Shown here: positions 24,966 to 37,900 of the stretch, piece after piece
Numbering within the stretch: position 1 is the stretch's first letter
How the letters are laid out: every line of letters begins with the position of its first letter
DNA from: Paraspadella gotoi
Taxonomy: Eukaryota > Animalia > Chaetognatha
Assembly (NCBI GenBank): GCA_051294375.1
Contig: CM119271.1
Coordinates: forward strand, 15,134,770 to 15,198,769
Direction of reading: 5' to 3'
DNA: 64,000 nt
Translations under genes and position numbers: made by a program
Notes under the pieces: generated by a model
The model's input: the letters and a program-made list of their open reading frames with translations, nothing else
The model's database searches: none
What the model was told of the DNA's origin: nothing

Positions 24966-26059
24966 AGCATAAGTTTACTTTCGCCGACCGGGGTTAGAGG
25001 GGATTAAGGGTGGTTTAGGGTTAGGGGTCGTTAATTTTTTGTAATATGTTAAGTTTTTAAGTTTTCCTTTTATCATTTATTTTCGATTTTTTTTTCTTTC
25101 CTTTCTTTCTTCGTGATTTCACGCCCCCTGTCTCACAAATTCCTAGCCTCCTTCCCCCCCGCTCCCGCTCCCCTGACGTCACATCTACCACGTTTGTCCA
25201 CTCGATCCTACTCGTTGGCATTGATAGATTAATATTATTATTATTATTATTATTATAGATCCTACTCGTTGGCATTGATAGATTATTCGATTAAGACTCC
25301 GACGACAATGAAGGTAAGTGCAAAAAAATGTCACGCTCGAATAAAGGGTGAGTCTATCCTTTTTCGGCCTCTCCTTTCGAGTCAATAAGTATTACGCAAG
25401 TTCTTACCGGCATTCAAAATATTCGGAAAATCTTAATTAGTATTTTCTCGATTCTCTGTATACGTTGAGCGGCTAAAATTAAACAATTTTTTGCTATTAT
25501 ACCCAATGGGATGAAAAGAGAGAAGATACTGGTTGTAGCGGACATTACCCCCTCAATGCCAGTTACAAATGGTACATATATCGGTCGTATCCATTAATAA
25601 TCAATGAAGTAATTATTCTTTTCGTTGACATTCCATTATCTATAATCCGTCAACTTCCTTCCTTTTTCAATCCCGCCCCCCTTCCCCCCCCTTCCCGCCT
25701 CTTGGTCGATCCCCTTCGAAAGGGGGCGACACGGCGACCGCTTAACATGTGGTTTGCCAAATCCGATGATTCTTGTCGCAAATCGTCTGCTGTGTCGACG
25801 AACGTCGGCACAGTGGAAAATGAGTATCGACGACTGCACAGTGGAATTGAGGGTCGACCTCGGAACAGTGCAAATGAGTGGCATCGATTGCTTGGGGGGG
25901 GAAGGTGGTCGAAATAAGGGTGCACAGTTGATTTAGATGTAGTAAAAAAAAACACGCCTGAATAAAAGTTAGCATTGGCTTTTTTCGTAAGTCATATTAG
26001 ATAACCCGTAAAAATTAACATTGAACAAGCTTTATGGCTAAGTTGAGAAACAACGCTTT

Positions 26060-27908
26060 TGTTTAAAAAACAATGTCGGATCTGCCCATGATAATTTAGC
26101 GGTAAGCAGCTAATCAGATTATTAATTGAAACAAATCTTATATTTTTTGATTTTTTTTTATGAAATTGGTACATACAATATAAAAATTATTCATTCATTT
26201 AATCAATAAGCTTTTTATTTTATTTTATTTATTTTTTATTGTTTTTTTTATTTAAGATCATTAATTCAACATTTTTAATTTGTCATCAACAATTAATGAA
26301 TTTCAGATTGTGAAATAATTTTTTTTAATTTCCAATTTTTAATTTAAATCTATAATTAACAATCGTCAGTTCAATGATCATCAAATTAAGATGCAGGAAT
26401 GCCAAATTTGTTAATTGATCAACGATGCGAAAGAAGAAGTGCTAGAGAGAGAGATAGCAAGTCATAACATATTTCTTAATGAAATAATGAAATAATATAT
26501 TATTAACTTATTATTAAACTAATTATTTAACTTATTTTAATTATTTATAATTTACAAATTATTACAAAACCTTAATGAAATTTCTCTAAAATTAATAATG
26601 CTGTGATGCCAGGGCTTTGGTCTGTTTCAGATAAACATTCAAAATATACCTTTAAAATATAAGATAAACAACAATGAAGGATCACCATTTGGTGATGGCT
26701 CGCCTATACCTGGATATTGGGATTAAAGAGCCGAAATCCATGAAGGGTATAGGTTCCCAACTGATGACCTAACCATTGTATAAACATAATAGATAACAAA
26801 TATTCAAAAAAGAAATAATTAAAAAATAGGATAAAGAAAAAATAAAATTTTCATTAAAGTATTTTAAAATTATATTCATGACATAAAGGTGCCCCTATAG
26901 ACCTTTCCCCAGTATGTATCCCTATCAGAACATACAATTCTACATGGTAAAAAAAAAAAAAAAAAATCATATATAACGTTGGTCCCCCCTCAAAAAATTA
27001 TCCATTCCCACCCCTTTCTGTTCAGCCTCTTAGATATTATGATTTTTCATTAATGACTTTCTAACAGAAATGATGTGTGATATCTATTAGAAAACTAGGA
27101 CAGATAGTAATCTAACCTTGTGTTGTATAGATGCTCCCTCTATTTCCAGAAGACAACACTGACTTCCCCTTCCCGAATTGAATTATTAGATAAATAAAAC
27201 ATTTTTAAAAAAAAGAAAGCGATATATATTTGTTTAGATAATATAGATTAAATACTAAATCCTTCATAAAATATAAAAATAAAAAATAGTGAAACAAGTA
27301 ATTTGTAAATTTTCATATCAATCAACTGATCTATCAGCCAATCAATCATTTTAACTAAGAGAGGGATAAAAAAACTTTAATATTGAAAAATAATTTAAAG
27401 AGATGTGAATATTTTTTTTCTATTTAAACTCTTTTCTACTTGCACGATTCCATCAAAACTTTATATCCGACTGAATCACACACTTTCCTAACCAAACATT
27501 CTAATCCCTGTATCCAATAATAAATGATTGGAATAGTTATCAGTAAATATAAGTAAACAAATTCAAGTAAATTTGACTTTAGTTTTTTTCCATTTAAACT
27601 CATTTCCACTTCATTCCAATCCAACCAATCACGAGTAATTGGAGTTTAATGCTAATGGGGGATGGACGGACGGACATCATTTTTTTGGTATTATTTATCA
27701 TAATTCGATGTTCTGATATATGCGTTTTTATAGTTATATGGTTTTATGGTTAATGGACCATTAATAATGGTTTTATGCGTTTTATTTTATCAACATTTAG
27801 TACAGCCAATAACATATGATAAAAATGATTTACCGACAAGATTTTGGGGGTAGACCGACAAAGTGAATTATAGAGTCGGAAACTGCTGATAAGCAGATCT
27901 GACTAAAA
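26060..27908 (-). mobile_element. DINE-1/HINE-like element (duplicate of 11020-12930)
   Basis: caatgtcggatctgccc at 26071; agcagatctgactaaaaa near 27892. Confidence 0.6.
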
Positions 27909-28593
27909 AGAATAATAACTTATTTTGAAATTATAATTGAAGATTAGCAATCTGAAAAAAATTGTGAGAGAAAAATATGATTGATAGGGCGAAAATCCGT
28001 TTTTTGCTCGCGCTATAGAAATATAATTGATAACAAATACTTAAACTAATCCTGTTTTGAATTATAAATGAGTATCGATAGATATACAAAAATAAAAAAT
28101 AAAAAAGATTTTTTTTCGTCCTAAGATGCGTATATCTCTCAGTCTTAATTATAAAAGATTTATTTTATAAATCTTAATAAATTTTTATTCTTGTATTTTA
28201 TCAGTTTTGAATAAATCATATTTCCATACAATAAAGCTTTTTTCTCTCACAGTCTTGTTTATTCATTCCCAGAGTACCTGGCTTCCCTATCAATGAAGTG
28301 GTATAATTTTTCAAAGCAGGTTTCAATTTTATGAAAAGACCACTCCCTTAAGTATTAGATTGGGGAATACTATATTGTTTTATATTGTATCCGCCCAGCA
28401 TAAAAATTCAAGGAGCTTTGTTAAAAAGAGTAATCAAATCTTAAGTGACCGACCGATCAGAAAATTGTTTTATAACGACGCATCGCCTCTCATCAGTTTT
28501 ATTCCTTTTCTTCGATGATCGATCACTAATCTTTTTCTAATCCACCTCAATTTCACCTATCACCTCTGACCCCGCGATTTTCGAACCTTTCAC

Positions 28594-28600
28594 TATAAAA
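28594..28600 (+). promoter_or_regulatory. Candidate TATA box of the ZP gene
   Basis: cacTATAAAAg ~320 bp upstream of ATG 28914; also present at 13595. Confidence 0.35.
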
Positions 28601-28913
28601 GAGAGATTTTAAGGGGGCATCACAAGAACAACAACGGCTAATAGTAGGGAGGAAAAAAAGACGAATTACGATTAGAAAAAAAAGTTTAAAAAAGAATTTC
28701 GAATTTTGCCCGCAACGCAAATAGTTTTTTTAACATGAAATTTATACAAATAATATGAAAATTAATCTTTTTTTAAATAAGCTAACTTGCCCCTGACTTT
28801 TTTCTCAGGACAGGTTACAAGGTTACATGTTACAATAAATTTTCTTTCATAAATTTACGTTTTTTTTTCTCTTTTATTTCTTGAGGGTGGAATCGTCATC
28901 AGTTCCAAAGACG

Positions 28914-31900
28914 ATGGAATCCCGAAGCCACTTCTTCGTTTTCGGTCAGTAGCTTTGACCACTCGGTCAACTTGAGATTTATTTTGTAATTGAGCCTTTC
29001 GTTCGTTGCGATTGTAAATTCGAAAAGAAAACGTTTATTAAAAAAAGCTATTTTTTGAACAGGCAATCTTTCTTACGAGATAATAATGTAGCATAGTAAG
29101 ATCCTGCAAGCTGCAAGAATCTCACTGTCAAGATTATTATCTCTTTATAATATCTTAGACTAGTTTTTATAGTGTCTGTTTCTCCCGGTTCCATCATTTT
29201 CCAGTGCTGCTGTTCTGCTGCTGCTGTCACTTGTCTCGCGCTAAAATCGTAAGCGCGGATGTGAGATGCTTCGCGGATTCCAGTAAAGTCATGTGGTTCA
29301 GCGTCTTGCTTCAGGACGGCGGCGATATCACCAGTGCCGATACGGTGAGCGAATGTAGCCGGAAAGAAAAGAAAAAGAGAGAGTGAGAGAAAAAGGAGAA
29401 AGAGATAGAGGAGAGAAAGATAGACCGACAAATAGAAAGAGAGTGAAAGAATTATTAACAAAGAGTGAGACAAGTAAAGAGTGACCGACAGAAAAAGAGT
29501 TGGTAAGAAAAAGAGAGAGAAATAGAGCGCGAGCCCTATACAGAAAGAGAGAGAGAACGCGCAAAAGCGGCTCCAAAAAAAAAAGAAAAAAAGATTGACT
29601 CTGTATTGGCGATAGCAGATACGAGCAATGAAAGCGACGTCAGTCTGCACGACGGCACCGACCGTGACATACTTCAAAACTGGCGACCTTTCGGGTGAAG
29701 CGAGGTTCACAAACGCACCGACGGGAACGACGGCGACGGCGACGACTCACGACTTCACGCGGATTCAAATCAATCTCAAGATCTGTTCGCAGCACGTTAG
29801 TTCTTTCTTGTTGTTGTTACTTGTTAGGTTTATTGTAGTTGTTGCTAAATGTCAAAAATCCTTCCTAAATCTATCACAAATCCTTCCAAAATTATTCCAT
29901 ATCCTTATCAATTTTTTTTCAGTCTATCCTAAATTCTCTCTAAAAACTTCCATATATTTTCCAAATCCTTATGAAATTGGTACAACCAATATAAAAATTA
30001 TCCATTCATTTAATAAATAAGCTATCTTGCCCCTGACTTTGGACAGGCTTTGGTGGTTTATTATCCAAACTTCCAAAATTCTTTAATGTATTTCCCAAAT
30101 CCTCCGATGTCTATCACAAATCCTTTTAAATCCTTCCAGTTCCTTTCCAAATCCTTCTAAATCTATCCTCAAATCCTCACCAAAAAATTAAAATCCTTCC
30201 CACGATTCCTCCGCCAGACTTTGCAAGACGTCGTTGCAACTACAGAGGAGGTAGCGAAAAAGAAACACATTTTCGACTCGAGTTTAGAAATTCTCGCCTC
30301 TAACCTCTTTGTGACCAACACTTACAATCTCAAGTAAGAAAAGCCATTATGCATGGCAACGGTGAGACATGTGTGTTGCCTGGGTTGTGAACCATCTCCC
30401 GAAATCTGGCGCTCAGGGCTTTGGACCTAAAGTCACCACCTCGTGTCACTGGCGTGCTTATACCGGCACTATCACACTTAACCGATGTGATCGTGAGGGG
30501 ATTAAACCCCGAACTCACGGTTGGTAAGCAGAACTTAGCTGTCCAAGCTCATGGACAAGCTGTGTTTCACCAAGCTATACGGGAGATGAATTTAGGTTTC
30601 CCCAAATATTATCATTTGTCTCCATTTGCGCAATTGGCAAACGGGGGGGGGCGGTTATCGCCGATGATATTCTGCAAAGTTTTTGTCGGCTTATTATTAA
30701 TTTATCATTTTTTTTTGTTTTGTTAACTTTTTATTCGTATCTTGTTAAGACTAAGTTGTAAACCTACTATTTTTGTTATTATCTGAATTCCATGTTGTAC
30801 ATACCGTAATGTTTTAATTATTTATTGCAAAGGAATGAAATATATAATATGATATATATAATGTAAACTTATAAAATATATATAAACTTATAAATTGCCC
30901 AACCCCCCCCCCGTCTTTTAGATGCTCGTATTTAGAAACGACAGACGACACTTCGCTCACCATCTCAGCCAACATCGGTGCGCCACTCAAAGACGAAGAC
31001 AATAAATACTCAGTTGATATAGAGTAAGTTCAGTCTTAATCTAATTTATAGACTTAGTCGGCTAATGTTTATATGAAATTAGCAAAAAAAATAAAAATTA
31101 AAGATTAACTATTTATTTACTAGTAAATAAGCTGACATTTGTAGGTTTTGCAAGATGCTAACATAGCATGACACCGCAAGCTTTCAATCAAGACTCTCTC
31201 ACAGTCAATTTTTTTTATTAAATTGGTACAACCAATATAAAATTATCCATTCATTTAATAAATAAGCTATCTTGCCCCTTTGGACAGGCTTTGGTGGCTT
31301 ACAAGATAATATATTTCACTAATTGTTTCTCCCTACAGATTCTACAAAGTGGATCCGGCTTCGTCAAGCAAAACTCTAATTACCAAGGACTCCGGCGGAC
31401 TTTACCAGATGAATCTTGGCGACGAGACTGAAGTAAAGGCGAAGATCTTGGGGGATGTCTCTGTCGAGACGGCCATCGCCTCCATCAAGGTACTCTGGTC
31501 TGGTAGCTTAAAATCCACTAACCTTTCACGGGGGTCATTGGTAAAGGAGGCAAGTTATTCGCTTCCCAACCCAAAGGTCCGAAGATCTAGCCCGCTGGCC
31601 GACTTGCAGTTAATAGCGTCGTGGCGCTTAACCCGCCTGTAACATGGTTTTACAGCCTGATCCGATCTCTCTTCAATACATAGAAATCAATCGACGTGTG
31701 AATTCTTTTTAAAACTCGTGTGTAATTAAGCATTGCTTAATAAGCATTGCTTAATAAGCCATACTAAATAAAATTTTAAAGCAAATGATGCATTAAACCT
31801 TAAAAGATCTGCAAAGAAGCGGCCTGCACTACGACGGCCGATGTGGTCGAACTAATTTCGCCATACGGAGGCAACGGAAACCAAATTGCCGCCAATCAAC

Positions 31901-34900
31901 AGTGGAACTGTCTCTCCTCGATTCTTGCTCCATTTTCCAGGTTCGAGGCAAAATTGTAGAAGTCTCATTGTCTTTCTTTTCTTCTTTAGCAATAATAAAT
32001 CCAAAGCATTTAATAAAAGACAATAGACCAAACTAAAAGACAAAAGTAGTATAAGGGGGGGGCTTTGTTGCCTGTTATAAGATAGGCATATAACTAGGTA
32101 CCAAAAGGTTCAGTGTTCATTAATATCTTACTTGATATGTTGACTTGACTTGACTTGGCATCGGTGAAGAATGCTCGCTTACTATGTGAACTGTCTTTAA
32201 TGTGTATAGCTAGTTAGCTTTACCTGAAGTAGAGAAATGGAAACACAAACACTAATTTAATTTTATCTCTATTATATTGTGCTTTAGACCTTATTGAACA
32301 CAATTTAGGCACTATTAAGATGTTAATCTTATGCTGATTGAGCTCTGATAAGGAGAAATGGACTCTAACAAGAGTGCGTCCCGAAAACCAAAGCTGAATA
32401 ATGGTTTAACTTCTGAACAAATAAAGGAATCACTAAATATGAGCAAGTCAAATCTTTAAGTAATAAAATGGTTAAAGTATTATTGTTAATTAATTAGTTA
32501 AATATTACTATGACTCATGTTAAATCATTAACATTGCTAAAGACTATTATTAGCTTCTAGAAAACCATGAAACAGAACTAATACCAAAATCCAAAATGAA
32601 ATTAGACACATTTAGATTCAATACTGCAATATGCAAATGAGATTGAATCAATCAATCTCATTTAAGATCATATTAAATAATCATCTCTTACAGTAGCAAA
32701 TAGTAAATTATGCTTAATGCATTTACTATTTGCTGTTTTTGTGTTTTAAATAAATAAATTAATATTAGAACCAACGGAAATTTTATCCAATTGTATCGAA
32801 TTTTATCCTCTGAATAGGATAATTCAGGGTAACTTTTGGAAGTAATCAAATTTTTCTCATAGTATATTTTGTCAAAATGTTTTATCTGGTGATGTATCTA
32901 GGAAAGTGTCCTGGCAACATCTTGATGCAGTCGTTTTTATCCAACAGCATTTAAACAAGTTTGAGCAAACAAATGTCGGATCTGCCTACGATAATGAATT
33001 AATTAAATAATTAATCGATTAATTAATTAATTAATTTAATAATTAATTATAATTTATATTCAGCTTGTCATCATCGATGTCCTTAAAATTGAGTCAGAAC
33101 AGTTATTAAATGTTTTGTTTACATTTTATCAAACAAACAGATATCTCTATTTTATTTTATGTCTCTCTCTCTCTCTCTCCATCTCTCTCTCTCTCCATCT
33201 CTCTCTCTTCTCTTCACTCTCTCCATCTTCTCTCTCTCTCTCTCTCTTACTCTCTCTCTTTCTCTGCTCTCTTCTTTTATGCAATTGCGACGATCCTTAT
33301 GCTTTAAAGATTTTTTTTAACATTGCATCATTTTTTCCAACTTGCATTCCGTCCAAAACTTTATATCTAGCTTCCTTCACTCACTTTCCTACCGGCTCAC
33401 AAAATTTCATCTCAATCTATCATGGGTTAAATAAATAAAAAGATTCAAGTAAATGTGACTATCATATTTTTTTATTTAAACTCATTTCCACTGGTAGTTT
33501 CCACCGAAACTTTATATCAAGCTTCGTCACAACATTTTCCTACCCACACACAAAATTTTCAACTCAATCTATCCATCCAATTATGATTAATTAGAGTATT
33601 TATTGGTTTAAAATAAGTAAAAAGATTTTAGTAAATGCGACTTATGTTTTTTCCATTTAAACTAATTTCCACTCACACGATTCCATCGAAACTTTATATC
33701 CAGCTTTATCACATCCACTTTTCCACCCACAACACAAAATTTCATTCCAATCCAACCAGCCAATCACGAGTTATTGGAGCTTTTTGCTAAGGTGGTGACG
33801 GAATGGACGATTGATTGACTATTAATTAATTATTGATTAATTTTTAATAGTTATTTGGAGCTATTGAGGTGTAATTAGGACCTGAGTTAAATTTATTTGA
33901 TTTATTAATACATTCTGCATATAAAATATAATATAATATAATATAAAAGGAAAAAGAAGTATAATCAATTAATGAAAAAGGTTTTTTGTTTTTTTCCATT
34001 TAAACTCATTTCCACTCAAACTATTCCATCAAAACTTGATTTCCTGTTCAATCACACACTTTCCTACCCACATACAAAATTCCAGGTCAATCAGCCCATC
34101 CACTCATGAGCAATTGGTGTTCAAATAGTGAATATATTTTTTTGTTTTTTCCATTTAAACTCATTTCCACTCCAACGATTCCATCGAAACTTCATATCCA
34201 GCTTAATCATACACTTACCTATCCACAAACAAAATTTTATTCAAATCCATCCATCCAATCACGAGAAATTGGGTATTTTTTGCTAAGGTGGACAGATGAC
34301 GGACGGACGGAACATCATTTTTTTGCATAATTTTCATAATTCGATGTTCTGACATGATATAAGTAGTGCCCGACAATATTGAGGGGCGGACCGACGACCG
34401 AAAAAAGTGAATTATAGAGTCGGGATCTGCTGATAAGCAGATCTGACTAAAAAAAAAAGAAAAAAGTGTTCCGTTTCCCCTCGGAACACTTTTAATATAT
34501 TATTGTTTTTATGATTAATTTTGGGTATGAAGCTAAAAATTTATTTGCAGCTTCTTCGATGAGCTTAAATGGAGTCTGGACAGTTATTAAATGTTTTGTT
34601 TTACGTTTTATCAAAACAAGACAAATTTTCTCTTTTATTTTCATATTCTTTCTCTCTCTCTTTTCTCTTTTTAATTACATGTCTCTCTCCTCTGCTTTCC
34701 CTAATCACTGATTCATAATCTAGCCTATGACAAATGAATGGATAATTTTTATATGGTGTGTACCAATTTTTCATAGGGAAAAAAACGAGTCTGCAGCTGG
34801 CTATGTAGGGGCTTATTCTTTTCTCTCTTTTCTCCTTGCGCTTTCTGCTGCTGCCTTTTTGATTTCTTTTCTGCAGCTGGCTCTGCAGGGGCTTATTCTT

Positions 34901-37900
34901 TTTCTCTCTTTTCTCCTGCTGCTTCTGCTGCTGGCTTTTGATTTCTTTTTTTTTGGGTGCCGCTGCTTGATTCGTCCGAAAAAGGATTAGGCTTCGCATT
35001 TGTGCATGTTATCATTTTGCTATTCGCAACATCGGGATTTTGTTTCGATCTTTCTCTCGTCACTCTCTCTTTATTTTTATTTTTATTTTTTTCCTTATCT
35101 ATTCTTTCTTTCCTAATATTCTTTCTTTGTTTCTTATTTTTTCTTTCCTTTCTAATCTTCTTCCTTTCTTAATCTTTCTTCCTTTCTATCTTTCTTTCCT
35201 TTCTATTCTTTCTTTCTTTTCTATTCTTTCTTTTCTTTCTATTCTTTTTTCCTTTCTATTCTTTCTTTCCTTCCTTCTATTTCTTTCTTCCTTTTTCTTC
35301 TTCCTTTTTATTCTTTCTTTTCCTTTCTATCTCTTTCGTTTCCTTTCTATCTTTCTTCCATTTCTATTCTTCTTTTCCTTTCTAATCTTTCTTTCCTTTT
35401 CTATCTTTCCTTTCCTTTCTATTCCTTCTTTTTTTTATTAATTCCTTTTTTTATCCTTCTTTCCTTTTTATTCTTCTTTCCTTTCTATTCTTTTTTCCTT
35501 TCTATTCTTGTGTTTAATTCTATTTCTTCTTCCTTTCCTTTCTATTCTTTCTTTCTATCTTTCTTTCCTTTCTATTCTTTTTTCCTATCTATTTTTCTTT
35601 CCTATTTTTTCCTTTCTATTCTCTCTTCCTTTCTATTTTGTCTTTCCTTTTCTATTTTTTCTTTCTTTTCTATCTTTTTTTTCCTTTCTATTTCTTTTTT
35701 TCCTTTCTATTCTTTTTTTCCTTTCTATTCTTTTTTCCCTTTCTATTCTTCTTTCCTCTATTCTTTCTTTCCTTTCTATTCTTTCTTTCCTTTCTTTTCT
35801 TTCATTTCCTTCTTTCTCTTCTCTTCTTTCTTCCTTTCTTTTCTTTCTTTTCTTTCTATTCTTTCTTATATTTATTCTTTTCAAGACCAAACCAGCCCGA
35901 GCGCGTGTCTCGTGTCTCGTCATCCACGCATTCACCCTCCCTTCTTCCTCCTCCGTAGCACCCAGGGCTCGAGGCTCACCCAGTTTCACTTCCTTCTCGT
36001 TTCTTACTCTCTCTCTTACTTTCTCCTCTCCGCTTCCTTCCGATTTCCCCTCCCGTTTTTGTACACTTTTTTTTGCCTCTTTAGTAGTACCATACACGTT
36101 TTTCCCACATTTTTGCCTTCTTCTTTTGCTTCGTTTGGACCTTTACCCCCATGTTTAGAGTTGGCCCCAGGGGCGAACCCACGACCCATTACCCCCATCC
36201 CAGATAGAGTGGCGCCCAATGTGGGGCTCGAACCCACGACCCCAGATTACCCCCATCCCAGATAGAGTTTTCTTCTTTTTCTTTGTTTATAAATTAATTT
36301 TCTTTTTTCAAATTTGATTTTTTTTTTAGTATAAAATTTGTCGTCAATCCAGATTTTTCTCATGCAATTGCGACGATCCTTATGCTTTTAAGATTTTTAT
36401 TACTATGTTCTCGTTTTTAAAAAAATATTGAATGACAATAGATATAAAATTTGTATATATTTTTTTATTTATTGTATTTTTGTTTATTATTTCCTTCCAT
36501 TCCTTCATTTTGTCCCCGTCTTCCTTTCCAATTAATATTGTTATATATATATTATATATATATAACTTCAATTATGGAAAGTCAAGTTTGTGAAATATTT
36601 ACTGCACCCAAAAAAATTATAAAAGAATAGTGAACAATTTTTTAATTTCATTTTCGTGTTCCGAAATTACCCCTGTTCCTAATTACCACGCACGACCCTA
36701 CAATTTAAAAATTTCAGTGAATAAATTTTGGTACAAGTAACTTCCCCCCCACTATGGCACTCATTGATAATTTCCTTACCTTATAAAACTAATCTTTCTC
36801 GTCATTCCCCTTTGAACAGCCGCTTCAAAATCACAGCTCCCTCCGCCGCTGCGAGCGAAGCCGTCTTCACCTTCCCCGTCTTTCGTTATTCAAAATCCTC
36901 CAACAACGCGCAGGTCAGTCGATGAGCTTCTCAGTCGATGAGCTTCTCATTCGATGAGCTTCTCAGTGGGCCCAACACTTCTATCATTATCTTCTGGAGG
37001 GGGGGGGGTCCTGGGCTTGCAACAAGGCTTGAGCCTTGAGGGTTTTCCGGCCTCCAAGGCAGTTTACGGTCGTCCTCGCGGTTCCGGTACCTAATGATCA
37101 TGAGCTGATGGTATAACTCAATGAGCCACCGCGTCACGACTGAAGATGTCACGCTGGTAGGCAGAGTGTACTTGTTGCAATGCCCGACCACAGATCTTCT
37201 TCGTCTTCAAAATCTCCATCTGCAAAGGAGGCGAGTCAAGTTCCAATTGCCGGAAAACTTGCATTTCGGCGTCGGGCAGACGACGCAGGTCTGCTGGAGA
37301 GGATGGCGACGTCCAAACTCTGACCAAAGTCGTCAAGATGAACGTAGGTTTTAATTGAGAGAGAGAAAAAGAAAGAAAGAAAGAAAGAAAGAAAAAGAAA
37401 ATTAAATAAATAATTTTCATCTTCAATGTCCCTCGTCCAGTCACTTTTCAAATTCATGAAATTGGTACAACCAATATTATATAATATTAATGTTAAAAAG
37501 AGTAATAGGAATTCCCCCCGCCCCCCAACTCTTTCAAAGGTGGTCTCTAATCCCGGAGACTGCTCCGACTCTCGCCTCAACGTCGTCGCCAACTGCACCG
37601 ACGGCGCCCGCGTCGGCTCCGTTTGTCGGTACGCGTGTCGGCCGGGATTCGCCGCCCTCTCGGGTCCGACGGAGAGAAGATGCTTGGAGAAGATCGTCGA
37701 TCACGTTGGGCCCATCTATTACGGGACCAAGGCGGAGTGGACGGTCGACGGCACGCCCAAATGCGAGGGTGAGGCTTAAAAATTGAAAGGGAGATTCTTT
37801 TGTTTGTAGTTAGTTCTCCTCTTCGAGGAGAGGTGGCGTATTCGATTGTGACTGATTGAGATTGATCAAACAAAATATTTTTATAGTTCGATGTATATTT

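Larger units (their letters stand above)
17271..31838 (+). repeat. Copy 2 of ~14.6 kb direct tandem duplication
   Basis: Same order of genes and repeats as copy 1. The junction 17241-17270 is a short CT/AT microsatellite spacer. Copy 2 continues into unique sequence in the middle of an exon. Confidence 0.95.

Noticed and set aside
35040-36265. Long F/L/S-rich ORFs (133-251 aa) that look like membrane proteins
   Set aside because: Translations of pyrimidine-rich low-complexity repeat; they lack stops only because of composition.
37121-37354. 77 aa ORF from the ORF track as the coding frame
   Set aside because: The 5' part is antisense SINE; the exon (37194-37343) is read in another frame that gives ZP-C and the furin site.
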